This document shows positions 33,927-48,159 of a stretch of 64,000 nt of DNA, one piece after another. How positions within the stretch are numbered: position 1 is the stretch's first letter; the number at the start of each line of letters is the position of its first letter. This DNA comes from Tubulanus polymorphus (taxonomy: Eukaryota; Animalia; Nemertea). The stretch spans positions 13,018,050 through 13,082,049 of the forward strand of contig NC_134026.1 of assembly GCF_964204645.1 (NCBI RefSeq). The letters run 5' to 3'. Under the pieces are notes generated by a model. It searched no databases, was not told the origin of the DNA, and saw nothing but the letters and a program-made list of their open reading frames with translations. The position numbers and the translations under genes are program-made.

Positions 33927-36900
33927 TCAAATAAAAAGACAGTTTGTGGACCAATTTTTATAGTTGATTTTTGTATCAAATATCTACCGACATTATCTAC
34001 AACATAATGATTACCATGACCGGTTACTTCTATATCAGCTGATAAATAAATACTATTTGGCACATGAAAAGTATTTTGTGTTAATCTCGGAATTCTAACA
34101 TATAAAGTTTCATTTAGATTAATATTACTCGGGTTATGAGTAATTATATGATGGGATGTGTCTGCATTAGATATTCTAGAATTCTTAGAAGGATTTATAT
34201 AACATCCACTCATTTAAGAAAAAAAAGTAATTATTTATTTTACTAGTCCAAATATAATTGCACTTACAACTGTAATTAAAAATGATATTACATGTTATGC
34301 AGCAAAACTAATAATATTACCAGCAGATATAAATATAAAACTAACAATTGATGCTATAAACTCCAGGTAAAGCTGCAGCAGATTTTATAGATAGCTCCTA
34401 TAAATATTTTGTTAATTTTGTTAATACATCTTTAACTTTATCTTGTATAAAATTATCATAATTTGGTGGTTAATCTGGTTTATTAGGACTTGGTGTAGAT
34501 TTTAATGAATTTGATATAGCTAAACCAATTGGAGTAAATATCATAGTTACAGCAGTTAAAATTAAAAGAATTGTTATACCTTCTAATTTAAATAATATTC
34601 TTATCCTATATTTGAATGATATTTCAGAATTTGGTTATATTAATAAATCTTTATGATTTTTAAAAAGATTTAAAGTTTTTCTTAATCATATGATTTTAAT
34701 AATAAATCTTCTTCTTTCTGTAAATCTTATCTTAAATCATCAATTTCTTTTTCTAAACGTTTTTTGTATATATTCCATTTCATCAATTACTTCACAAGAT
34801 TTTAATTGTTCTAATCCTTTATTTGATTTAGATGATTCATCTTCTAAATTTTTTGATTTCTAATAATTTTATTGTGTGCAATTTTATCAGCTAATTATTG
34901 TATACCTTTAATTTCTCTACGTTCTTTTTCAGGAAATATTTCTAAATCGTCATCATTAAAATCAATTAATCCTTTTTTCTTATAAAAGTTGCCTTTGATT
35001 TGTTCCAGTTTCAGTATTATCTAAAACACTATGTATCTCTTCTTCAAATGAAGTAACTGTTTATATCATTCTATTTTCTGTTAATTCTATTTGTTGAATA
35101 CCTTTTTTTCGATTTTTCTAGTGTTGAAGATCTTAATTTATCTAATCTATCTGCAATCTCTTTTTCATTTTCTAGATAAACAAAAGTAGGATTTAAATGG
35201 TGAATATTCAATACTCTGTTTTTCATTATCAATTGGTCTATATTCTTTTTTTTTCGATTTTATCAACTGCAATAATTCTGATAAATTCTGCACCACCTCT
35301 TGATTTTTCAACTGTAGATCTTGCTAAAATCCCAGGTTTATACAAATTTTCTCTTCCCATTTTAGATATTTCTAATGATACTTTTTTATTATTCAATTCA
35401 ATTTTATAATACCATGCATCTTTTTTTATTCTAAATTATCCATTAAAATGGATCATCTCTTTGAATTTGGTTTTGCATATTTCCTGATCAATTGAAAATA
35501 ATGAATTTTTTGGTAGAATTTCTTCAATAGATTCATGTAATGCAATATCTTTCAAATGATTTATGATGTTTCTTAATCTTGTTCATAATCACTATCATTA
35601 TCGCCATCACTAAAAGCAACTTCATCATCACAATCGTCATCACTGAAATTAGAATTATATGATGTTTCATTATCATTATTAAAATCGGTTTCAATAAATC
35701 GGGTTGTTGTTCATCAGTTATACCAGTATCCATACCGATATCCTCTCCACCTTCTGCATCCATTTATAGAATATAATTGTCCACCTATTTAATTCCAATA
35801 CGTTAAAGCTAATTTAATATTTTCATGTGATTTATTATCACTATTATCTTTAATTATTTCATGTTGAATATTATCAGTTTTATATTTTCTGTTGTATTAT
35901 AATCTTTCAATTCAGAATTATCATATAATTTAATATTTTAGTTTTAATATCTGTTTATTGCATATGTTTTTTTATTTTTATCACCTTCCAATTATTTTGG
36001 AGCAGTAATAATCTTTTTATTAATATCATTAAAACCAAATGAATTATTTATTCCAGCAGTTTAATAGGATTATTAAAGCCAATTAAATGTCCCATTTTTG
36101 ATATTGAGTCATTAGAAATAATTAAAAAATTTGGTCCAATACAATAATTTAATACAAGAGATCTACGGATCTTAATATCTCCGGCGCAGAATGTTATCTT
36201 TGTAATGTATAGGCGCCATCTGATTGATGCATCTTAAGGGTTTTCCTTGAACACTTCATGGATGTGTAAAATCTGATGATTTCAGTGAACAACATCATCG
36301 AAATCTAATCAGCAATCATCGCGAGGTTTGGGCCTATTCGATTGTGCGTGCATAATCTTCCGTGAAGTAGCTTATCGATTGAATCTTCGGTTATTTGCAT
36401 AATGAAATAGATATGGGGAGACAAAATCGATACTACGGCTATCAAATTAAAAATAAACATATAAGACTCTCCCATGACTGGGAAATGAGAAACTAGAACC
36501 GAGCAGATTAATAGATGAGAAGATTAAAAGACCGGTTTGTCTGCATCAATCGAATATGCCCGTTTACATTGATTGACAGCGGGAGCTCAGCCAACCGCAG
36601 GGTGCAGTTATTTAACTTCAATGTAACGTTGTACATCGGCCTTCTAGCCGTTTTATGAAACAAAATGCTCCTTGAAATTTCTTTAAAAATCGCCACAAAT
36701 TCGTCGATTTCTCTTAAATGAACGCAATATTCAAAATTCCATTTCCAACAGATTTTAGCCGCATGATGAAGCTACATTTTGCACATAAACATAGTAGATT
36801 GCATGACTTCGTGTCAAAGTTATAACCTCATTTGTTAGCAAATATTCGATTTTTGGACCCATTACAACATCTCGGGCAAATAACGTGAGATTTATCTAAA

Positions 36901-37260
36901 TACTTTTGATATCTTAAGATATTTTCTGGAATTGATCTATTTTTATCATTAAGAATTGAATCTTCAAATAAAACTTTAAATTTTTTTTGTGCATCAAATT
37001 ATGTATTTAAATTTCCAATTATTGGTGATCTTGTTTCAACTTGTGCGCCTAAAATACAAATTAAATAAACTCTAATAGATTGATTTATTCTTTGTATACC
37101 AGATTTTGTAAAACGTCCGCTATTTTCTAAAATAGATAAATCAATCCATTATTATTTTCTTGTTGTACATTATTATAATATTTTGGTAATTCATTCCAAT
37201 TAAATGTTCTTAAATCTGTATTTTCTATTATCTTACCAAATTCTTTAGTATATAATATTC
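33927..37260 (-). mobile_element. Third, more diverged copy of the Polinton structural module (anchored protein, coiled-coil protein, capsid 5' end)
   Basis: MSGCYINPSKNSRI at 34213; SAAALPG region ~34370; GAQVETRSP ~37040; same gene order as 22867-26843. Confidence 0.85.
36153..36885. mobile_element. Unclassified insertion splitting the Polinton gene
   Basis: Higher-GC block; Polinton sequence is colinear with the other copies on either side. Confidence 0.55.
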
Positions 37261-40200
37261 CATCAGGTTCGAGGGACTAGAAAATGTCAACAAAACGAAC
37301 TAACTGTAAGATATAAGAGCAATGAGCTGGATGTCAAGCTGAAGTCTATATTTTAACTGAATAGCATTTATAAAATTACATGGGCTTATATAGTAAGATA
37401 GGTTGAAAAGAATAAGGTTTACTATAGAAAAATAGTGCCAGACACTGATTTTGCACAACACCTTGGACCTCGGTGAACTAATTACAAATACTTGTGGAGT
37501 ACATGCAACCATAAACTTACTGGGAATAAATACGGTGGACAGATTGAAAGATCAATATAAAATAAATGACCATAAAACAGGCATAATAATGTGATAAATC
37601 TGAAACACCTGTCTTATCTTCAAGGTCAAATGCCCTCTATTTCGTACTTTTTGAGATCTATTTTCTAAATGGTACTTTGATATGTAAATGACGACCTGGG
37701 ATCGACCTTATGGAAAAAGATTTACTTATTTGTCTTAAATCAGTAAAATTAGATAACTGGTTCATTGACCTATATATCCTATGCAGCTGAATGCGAGCGC
37801 TGCGAACATGAGTCATCTTTGCCAAACAGACATACGTATATGAACTCATGTATAGCCTTTATATAAAATATATAGAACAACATCACTCCTTCGCTATATT
37901 CACAGCTCTACTGTTAACTGGCTATCCATTGTATGTTTATTGTGTCATGTATAACGGTAGCACACTATAAACCAGAAAGAATTGAGGAATCTCAAACAAC
38001 TCCTAAAAGGATTAAATACGCTATGGACGTTGGTTGCGATGCAAGATTACAGACAGTAACTCATTAGATTACCGGTATTTCAGACTTTCAGTGCTTATTT
38101 CAGTGCTTTCAAGAAAATGTACTAAAATCAAAATTAGTAACAAACTTTCAAACCCAGTAATAACCATTTATACACGTATCACATTCAAAAATTAGATTTT
38201 ACACAATGTTCTATTTAGAGGGCATTTGACCATTAATAAATCGTAATGTACAAATGTTAACGATAGGTGGCATATCTATCGCTCTCTTGGAAAGAATCCT
38301 TTGTTCTGGTGAGTTGTAACGTATCCTTTCATCGGTTCAAGACTTCTATAATCCCCTATTCAAGCGGCAACTCGCACTGATTTTAGATAATCATACATTC
38401 AAACGTCAATTGTTACAGTTGGTTCCAAGGTTGGAACATGGTTCCATGGCAGCTTGTTACAGGAAACTATAAATCGTTATTCAGGGGTATAGTTGTGGGG
38501 TTGGCACGTGAGTTCCCACCTCATTCTCCTGACCTAACACACCTTTATTTCTTTCATGGGATATGTTAAATCTCTTGTGTATGTTCCATATGGAGGTCGT
38601 CTGAAGGATAAATCCAAATTCAATCTTGGGTACGTTCAGTCAAAAATCCATAGTAGCAAGAACAGTACAAATCAAATTTTCTAATGAGTACATATATTTA
38701 TTGTAGAGAACTTTTTCGTGAATTATATAATCCCCTTTTTCAGGCATAGTGCAAGTGACATTTTTAAGTGTCATACTGGTATTTATACAGAATAAGACAA
38801 GAGACAATTACAAACAATATTAAACTAGTATGTGACTATGCCACGTATGTCTTCCAGGGTTAAGCAAACAGTAAAATGGAAAGAAATTAGAAAATTCAAA
38901 ATGGTCGATGACCACCATTCTTTGACATAACTATTAAGTGATACATAACGAGAATAAAGAGTAATTAGTTTTCATACAATCCAAATTACGGAGTGACCTG
39001 AGTGACTTTTAACTACATGAAAATAAAACCTGATCCATGTTCATATGATTGTTGATCGAGGGAGGGCTGTTGTTTTTTTAAATTGTTAATCCAAGCGTTA
39101 GCAGAAAACGACTACCAATTTAAGTAGTGTTGATGTCACATAAACGAACATATTTGTAGACAATAGCTTTGAAGGATTTTGGGGTGGGGTATTTCAGCGA
39201 GAATAAATTATTGATTTTAGTGGTTGCAAACGAGCATTGCAGGTCTATTTGGAAATTGATTTGAATAGATTTGTGAACTTTTGAGAATAGAAGGGAAACC
39301 CATATCCGGTAGAGACATGAATAGAAATACTATCTAGGGATATTTTATTACATTCCTTAACTATAGATGGCACCTGTGGCTGGTAGTTGGCGACGTAAGT
39401 TGGCTAAGGAAATTGTCAAACAAAAACAATAAGTTTGATCAAATTGTTTCTGGAAAGCATGTGTTTGTTGCAAAAACTATTGCAATGAATAGTTCTTTGC
39501 GGTTTTAGTGATATCATTGTAATTATCATCCAAACTGTAACATTTATTGTAAATGAATGGAAGCATTTCAAATAAAACGATAGAAAATTTACCAAACCAC
39601 CATGGCCATTCCCCCACTCGATCCTGCCCCATAGGCTGTGAAGACTGCAGACCCGAAAATTGCAGTCATATTCATGTTAGAATATCATAATCTTCGATAA
39701 TAAATTGCCCATGGACAAAGTGTGGTTTACCTTGAAAATAGAGGTTGTTTGGAGTAAGGGCATTGCTTGAAAAATCTTTTTAATTCGTGACTTCAAAATT
39801 TCTAGAAGTTTATATTGTATTTCATCTTTCTTAAAGAATTATTTTGTAGTCAAATAAGACCAAAGATAAACATTTGTTTATGGTCTACGTCCAAAAATTC
39901 GTAGGGTACAGGTAGGCGCGGCGGGGAAACTATTTTATATTTTCAAAAAAATATTTTTCACAATATGAAAAAAATATTCAAATAAAATTCATATGATGTC
40001 ACATGTCACAGGGTGGCTGAATATGAGTCTTGGGAAAGAAACCTATTCCAATGTATGGCTAAAACACCGGGCATAGTATTAGATCGTTTTAAATCCTGGA
40101 AGCTACCGCTACAATATTCAGACCTCGACCTATACCTATAGTCTGCTGCTTAGTATTTTCAGGTCACAAGAAATTACAATTTATTACAAATTCTATCAAA

Positions 40201-41244
40201 CAGAAAACACAGCGCTCATCCTCTGCTACGACAATTATTCAGCCTGTTATCATACCAAATGTGCACGCGCCAAGCAGCGTTACAACATCACCAAATAGTA
40301 GTCTAGTAAGACCGTCTGTTTGTGTGTACAACAGTCTATTGTTTAGCACTCCAGTCCCGTGCACGTGGAGGCCTTGTGAAGTAAACATTCGCTTCACTTC
40401 AATCTCAATCAACACAATCACCGGGTATTAAAATGAAACAATACCTATGGCGATATGTGAAATAATTATATTCTCACCAGCAATGAGCATTTAAAATTCG
40501 CACACACCTAGTCCAATGAAACGTTCGCCATAAATGGCTTCCCCCATAATTATTTTAGTACCTCCGGAATTCCCCGTATATCCCGAAAAACAGCCAATCA
40601 CATTCGCTCGTAGAGACGACGCCCCCAATTGAGGTCATTGCAATTTTATACGCAAGAGCTAAGAATTTTCCCGCCAAAAACAGTTTTTCGTCAAATTTAA
40701 AAAAAGTTGACCATGTCATCGACGGAGGGTCGTCATGTCTTCAATCGCATCGATTATACATCGTTTAACCCAAAAACCAATGAAAAAAATGCTCACATAA
40801 AAGACATACCGCGATTTTACAAGAATTGGCTCAATGCCAACCTCATACTGCTGACAAAGGTAAACCAAAAATGTAAATAGTCACACTTCAAAACAATTAG
40901 AAAACTATTGATCTCTTTTGGAAAATACGGTACGCACGGGGTGCTGCAATCGCAGTGAAAGGGTTTAAGAAGAATCAAGTCAAATTGTCAGCGCACCTCT
41001 AAATTGGAATAACATGAACATGCATTAAAAATAACATGATACATTATACATATTTTAAAATATAAATCTCACTTTTTTCTCTACGCTTCAAGACGTTGAG
41101 TTTCCCACTTGTTGCATCATTCTACCATATGAATCATCATGCGTAGATATCATCCGATGATAATGTAATTGTCCAAAGCTTTTTCACTAGTCAGATTTCA
41201 TGCCTGAAAAGAAAACGCCATGAATAAAATATCGGTGGTTCTAA

Positions 41245-41461
41245 ATACCGACCAAAACCGTCCAATACTGACTAAAACCGTCTGATACTGACCAAAAGCC
41301 GTCAAATACCGACCAAAAGTAAAATTACCGACCAAAATTGAAACAACCACAAAAATACTATGATGCCGACCAAAAGTAACTTTATTACCGACCAAAAGTA
41401 AAATAATACCAACCACCAAGAGTAAAATTAGATACCGACCTAAAACTGGCCAGCACCCTCG
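41245..41461. repeat. CCGACCAAAA tandem-repeat block, duplicated at 45884-46041
   Basis: ~155 bp near-identical direct repeat. Confidence 0.9.
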
Positions 41462-41465
41462 CCTT

Positions 41466-44400
41466 ATGAAAATGGTACACGTGTAATTGTAAATGAAAAT
41501 AAACGTGTATTTCAAGTACACGTGTAAAATTGGCCCAATTTTACACGTGTACTTTATCCCAATTACACGTGTACTTCATCCAAATTACACGTGTACTTCA
41601 TCCAAATTACACGTGTACTTCATCCAAATTATACGTGTATTACACGTGTACTTCATCCTTATTACACGTGTTTTTCATCATGTATTACACGTGTACTTTA
41701 TCCTAATTACATGTGTATTTCATCCAATATTACACGTGTCTTACACGTGTACTTCATGCTAAATACATGTGTCTTCAATTGCCATTTTTTGTTGAATTCA
41801 AATCAAACCACCATGTGAGGACCATCTCCTTAATCCATGTGCTGTTTAGAATGAACGTACTCAAGAGATTCACATTTTCCATACTAACTGATTTATTCAT
41901 CTTCATAAATTTTATAAATCTTTGAGTAATGGCATGTCTTATGTTGGCCTCTTTCGCACCCTTCTCCTTTCGACATTGTTCTGAAATGATAACCATTTGA
42001 AAAAAATTAAGCAAAAGTATAAACTGATTTCTTTACCCGGATAAATAATTCAACTTCAGCTGCTTGGGATGATGATTGAATTCTGTAGCTTTTTCTAAGA
42101 GTCTTCTGCATTTAACAGTTAACAGTTTTTGCACTCTTCAATGACTTGATTTTAAGCCATATGGTGAAATGCTTGACAATCTGGAAATTTCAATGTTCAA
42201 CGCCACCTGATGAAAAACAAGGGGTCTAGGGACACCATGCCCATATGGTTTCGAATGCAAACCAATCAACATAATAAAATAGAAACAGGACATTGAAACT
42301 CACCACTATCATAGAACATGTCACAAGCTACAATTTTATAATTGATCGAGGTTATAAAGTATTCATAGGTACCAAAATAAATTAGACAAATTGTATATAA
42401 TTCAATATTCAACTCCCCCTGGTGGTGAGAACAAAAACCTGGGTAACCCCAATTCCACATCGAGATGAATACCACAACAGTGGTAACAATTATCAAATAT
42501 CAAGACTATAAGTCAAAACCTGTCGATATTTTCCTTCAAAAACCTTTTTCTATCTACAATAAGAACTGATGACACTAAGATGGCTGCCAAATGTGTCACG
42601 CTTGACTGATCGAAAAATCTGTCTCGTATGTTTTAGATTGTTAAGAATGTACACCCATTACAAATTTCAAAGAAAAATTGCAAACCATTAGGCAGCTACA
42701 AGGCAAAAATGACCTTTTTGGGTACAAAAAAGGTCACATGATGGCCATCTTGTGTCAAGATTGAAGCATCTTCAAAATTCCCCTTGAAAACTTCAAAAAA
42801 TTGCGTAAGTGATGATTTTGGGGAACGAAAATGGCCATTGCAGTTGGCCATCTTGATTCGGACCAGTTTTGGGCTGGAGACATGGCTAGGATAGATATAT
42901 GTATAACTTAAATATCAAGAGTATTAAAACTTCCTAAAATACTGGATTCCAACAACAGACGAACGAAGGGTGAATGCAATAGCCCGCTTGGACTAAAGTC
43001 TCAAATGGACTAAAGCTGGGGACACATTAGGCAATTTCGTCGAGCACTTATGTTGTGCAACGAAATCGTCGGTAAAATCACCTTATTTGTCAGGGTCTGC
43101 GCCAACTGAATCGCCCGAATCCAACACGTCCTACGACAGAATCACCCAACGCATCAGGACACGGTGATTGTTCGCCTCGAGCGCCATATTAAACGTTAAA
43201 CCCTCCCCTTTTCTGACCAAGTGCCCTTTTGAATCACAGGTGAAAAATTCCACCCTATGATCGAAGTGCACAAACCCCATACTACCATTTCACACCGTGA
43301 GACCTGTATTGACTAGTGCCCTTTTCATAAGAGCTGAACCCTCGTTCTTCCAGCTTGGATCCGCCCCTGTAAATCAACAACAAATGAACGCTAGCCATTA
43401 TATATTGAATTCATGTACTTACGTATTATTTAGCTGACCCGGTTTGGGTCCAACTTTTTTCCTCATGGAAGACTTTCATTGCGTCGCATCCAGTCCAATG
43501 CCTTGACAATTAGTTCTTCTTTTAAATGAGTGGACGACAGCATGCATGCACCCAACAGTATTAGGTTTTCCCACTAATCAGCGTATTGCAGCAGCTGTTG
43601 TATCATCCAATAGTGAGTAGGCATCCTAAAATGAGAAGAATTTACAATGCTCACGCTGTAATCTATACTAAAACCATTTCGACGCTCATATAATCTATTA
43701 TGTAAATACCTGATTTTCATCACACTGTCATTGTTGAGAAATCAGTGGAGAATTGAAGGCTCTCTCGCACCAACATCGTTTTCCAACAATCCCCTGGTGG
43801 ACACATTTTTAAGCCAAAAAATGGGAATTCCAATTTTATAGTGTCGGTCTGGATCAATTATTATTGGTGTAGACCCTATAAAGTTTGAAAAAAAATGGTC
43901 AAGAATTGATTGCACTAACGTCGTTTTTGCCGACAATCGAAACTCCGACATCGACCTAATTTCATGTCCTGCATACAAATTTAATGGCGATGATGGGCGC
44001 ACAACAAAATCAAAATGATCCTGCGGTTTTTAGATTGGATGAATAAACACCAAAGAAACTCCATTTTTATCCCTCACGATTGGAATGATCACTCACAATT
44101 TTTTCACTGGACATTCAATCATTTAAGGCCTACTAATAACTATAACTAATTCAAATTCAATTCAATACTAAAAATAAAGATTCTAGGCCTACAATATTTA
44201 CTTAGTCATGTTAGTTTTCATTCCAATAAGCATATTCTTTTAGTGACCTTGTGGTGGCCTGAAGCCCAACACAATAAACGTTTACTTTACTACATGTACA
44301 TAACAATAATCATACCTGAACAATCCACAACACGTCCTAAATGCGGGATAATAAATGGCCTTCGACTTTTTCTGTTCCACTTCCATTCGAATCCACTCTT

Positions 44401-45879
44401 CTAATGAATCTAATCTGATTAAATCCAGGTCCGATCTGGTACGTTATGCATGTTCTTTGCAACAAAAGGCTACGAAATCGCTAGCTGGAAACCAACCTAC
44501 GTATAGGCTTACTGTAGCCTTAAGTTCTATATGCTTGGGAATAATTTATTCTCAAATTACTTCTTGTTTTGTAGATTGTAATATGTTGCTAAATGATGGA
44601 CATTTCGATTTTTCAAGAAGTCGATTTTGAGAATCTGGAAGATTTAAGGATTGAAAATGGCCACACCAATAATGCAGACAATGGTTGTGACGACGTAAGT
44701 TAGTAATACAGTGCCTTATGTCTAAAGTGAATGCAATCTTAAATGCCAATCTACTCATCCGATATGAACTTGACCAATCACCAAAATGTTTAATCTGTTT
44801 TGCAGCCACAGCTCATTGATGGAAATAGATGATCCTCTCCACACAAATGCTGAGGTGACCCTTCGTGGGGCTGTTACTACTATTATGACGTTCTCCCTCA
44901 AAGCTGGATCCACATCAACTGTTTTGACTGGATTGTTGGATCGGTTGAATTTACTGTTACTGAGAAGCGGTTCTACGCAGTTCTAAATGCCTATTTTGAA
45001 AAGATTTTCTCTATGTGTGGAGGTGAACAAATATTACTGCGCTGTATATAAGACATTATTCAAAAAACTTCAGGTATGATACAAATGTTCATTATGTGAT
45101 ATACAGTATGATAAGGCAACATTAGAGGAAAAAGGACATTTTTTGTGTATGGGCTTACAAGGAAAGCAGAACACTTGGAGCTGGTGACAGCAATATATTC
45201 AACATTTTTCATAAATAACATTGTAATTCGGGGCTTGGGCAGTCCCCTAAGCCTCTAGTTATCTTGATAATAAATGAAATATCCAAAATTTTTTGTTCAG
45301 ATCATGATTTTTGTGAAACAGTTTTTGGATTTATTCAGAGGGCAACAAAGACATGTGCTTCATTCATACAGGATCCAATCTAGTCAATACAGGACAAACA
45401 ACATGATTTTTTTGACACGGCATCCTAGAAAAAACTACTAAATGAGGATCAAACAATTAAAAAGCCAGGAGATTCCTTCAATTCTCCGAACATTACATGC
45501 AAAATCTTACTTTTTATGAAATCATGTGAAGCTAAATGATGTAATTACAAATTTTATTGCAGTTTACAAAAGTGACCAATTATGAGAAACAAGGTACATG
45601 TATAATTTTTTAGCCTAGTACATGCATCCAGATTGCACATGTATTTCAGAAGCCACACATGAATTTACACGTGTTTTTAAAATACACGTCCTAAGTTACA
45701 CGTGTATTTCAAAATACACATCTTCAGTACATGTGTAATTCAAAATACATGTCCAAACTACACGTGTATTTTAGAAATACACGTGTTTTACGCATGTACT
45801 TCAAAATACACGTCAAAAGTACACGTGTAATATTCATATTACACGTGTATTTAGCTAAATACACGTGTACCATTTTCAT
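41466..45879. mobile_element. TIR DNA transposon with subterminal TACACGTGTA arrays; superfamily uncertain
   Basis: ATGAAAATGGTACACGTGTA at 41466 and TACACGTGTACCATTTTCAT ending 45879; palindrome arrays at 41475-41770 and 45650-45870. Confidence 0.75.
42214..43014 (-). mobile_element. Non-autonomous Helentron, family B
   Basis: Colinear with 54787-55848; ends AACAAGGGGTCTAGGGACACCATGCCC and TAGCCCGCTTGGACTAAAGTCTCAAATGGACTA. Confidence 0.7.
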
Positions 45880-46980
45880 CTGATACCGACCAAAAGTAAA
45901 ATTAATACCGACCAAAATTGTAACAACCACAAAAATACTATGATGCCGACCAAAAGTAACTTTATTACCGACCAAAAGTAAAATAATACCAACCACCAAG
46001 AGTAAAATTAGATACCGACCTAAAACTGGCAGGCACGCTCGGGGTCTGACTGACGAAATGTAATATAATCCCACAGATAATATCAAATAATTTCCCATCT
46101 CTCTTCGATCGATCGACGAAGGATCGATCAATTTTATTTGTGAGAGAATTGACAATATTCTCAAAACAATCCCCGGCCCCAATTGCCGTACCAGTGTAAG
46201 TATTCGACTCACTTTGATCAGCGACCATCAGTTCAAATTTGAGGTAATTTCAGCTTTATTAGCCTAAAGTAATTATTTGAAATCTTTCACTAATTGAAAA
46301 CTGTAACTTGATCATAATTGGAAGGAATCACTCACACCCGTAATTGGGCATGAGCAAAAACGCAACTGAGACTAATTTTTCATTTTGAATAACAGAGTTA
46401 AAGGTCCAATGACCTCTGATTTGGAATTTCTCATTTTTTGGTTTCGATAAACTAATTAGATACCTCTTTACAACTCAGTGTCACTATTTTTTGGTTTTCG
46501 CGAACATATTCGGAAAAGTCGGGTCTTAAAATACTTCATCGAACATATCCATGAAAGGTAGTTAATTTTTTGGCCACAACTAACGGTGTGGCGCTTTTAT
46601 TTTGTGACGTAGTTTCCGACAAACTTGATTCAGACTTTCGCGGATGGGAATGAATCGCCTCTACCTGGAAGTGTTTATAGTCGGTTCTCCCGCATTTTAC
46701 GGATTTAGGTCTGCCTGCAGAGTTTCCAGAACCTGTCATGTCAGGGCCCAAGACCTGACAGGTTGATTCCCTAAAATGAAAATCGTTATGAGTGAACCGA
46801 TGATAGGCGATTAGAAGACATGATAGGCGCGGATTTAGAACACATGATAGCAGATGAGAACACAAAGAACATATTGTAGTACTTTCTGAATATATTCAAA
46901 AACAAAAAACAAACTATGATGTGTTATGAATTAATTAGGGTTTCTGCTGCTTTCGCAGAAACCCTCTTGTAATTCTGTTG

Positions 46981-47019
<39 letters not shown>

Positions 47020-48159
47020 TTTCCCCTTTCCAGCCAAAAATTTTTCATAAAATGTAACTCCTCTCAGATTCGACTACTAGCAGCTTATAAACCTAATTTT
47101 CAATTATGAAAGAAATATAACTCAGCGCCTGACCATTTCCAATTTGCGTATTATAATTGATTATGAATTAATCCCGCGTAATTATTTGGTCTAAACAGGA
47201 AATAAGAATGTCGCAAGAATCATCATCCATTGATAAATGTACATCGTGAAAAGCCTGCAAATTACCCGACGACCTTGAGCTTCAAAATAAATCACGGATT
47301 CGGATTTATAAATCGGGGTTCGACCTACGACATCCATTCAATGTTTTCAGATTTCGTGCGCATGCGTCAATTTAGCTCGGACGCCATTTTCTTTATTTTA
47401 CAACGTGCGACGCCACTCTACGTTACTTGCATTTTTACGACTTTGTTGTGTGTTTCTGTGACCAATCTTCAGAGAGGTATGTATATATAACGGTTAGGCC
47501 TAATATGATGTATTTTTCCACGTAATCTGACGACTGGTATTAAAAGCCGACCGGAATTCGTCTTGATCCGCGCGTTGTGGTAGCAGTCGGGTCTGGTTGG
47601 TGTGAGATCGATATCGAATCCCGCATGACTTACGCATAGAAGTAGCTTTTAAAAGGCCAAATTTGGGCTAGGTGTTAAGGTTGACCCAATGCGTATGATT
47701 TAATAATAGTGTTTGTGGTATGGGTAGAAAATATTTAGGCCTATATAGACAGCAGCTTAAATATTGAATAATGGGATTTGAACTGCACTAGTGTGTGTGT
47801 GTCTGTGTGCGAGAGCAGGGAGCACTCCATCTCCCTGACCCTGTGACTTATGATTAAGCCACCCGATTCTGCTGAATGCGAACAAGTCATCAGGTTTTCG
47901 TGAATGTGAATAAATACTATAAGAAGGGACTGCCAATTTTAATGAACACAGAAATATCTTAATTGAAATCGTATGTCAGCTAATTTCAAATTGAAGGCCT
48001 ATTATACATAAATTACAGTACACTCCGCCCACTCATGTCAGACCATTTGGGAGTGTAAAAATGTATCCTGCTTTCTGGATCTGATTCAAGCTTAAGTCTA
48101 CTGTTTGTATATTCAATCTACCTAGGCCCATAGGCCTAATTGTGCCTGCCTAATTATTG

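Noticed and set aside
41230-41925. ORFs 41198-41521, 41493-41762, 41591-41818 and 45724-46212
   Set aside because: Open frames produced by stop-free tandem repeats (CCGACCAAAA, TACACGTGTA).
43420-45000. Exon-like minus-strand ORF pieces inside the TIR element
   Set aside because: No motif I can assign, so left unannotated.
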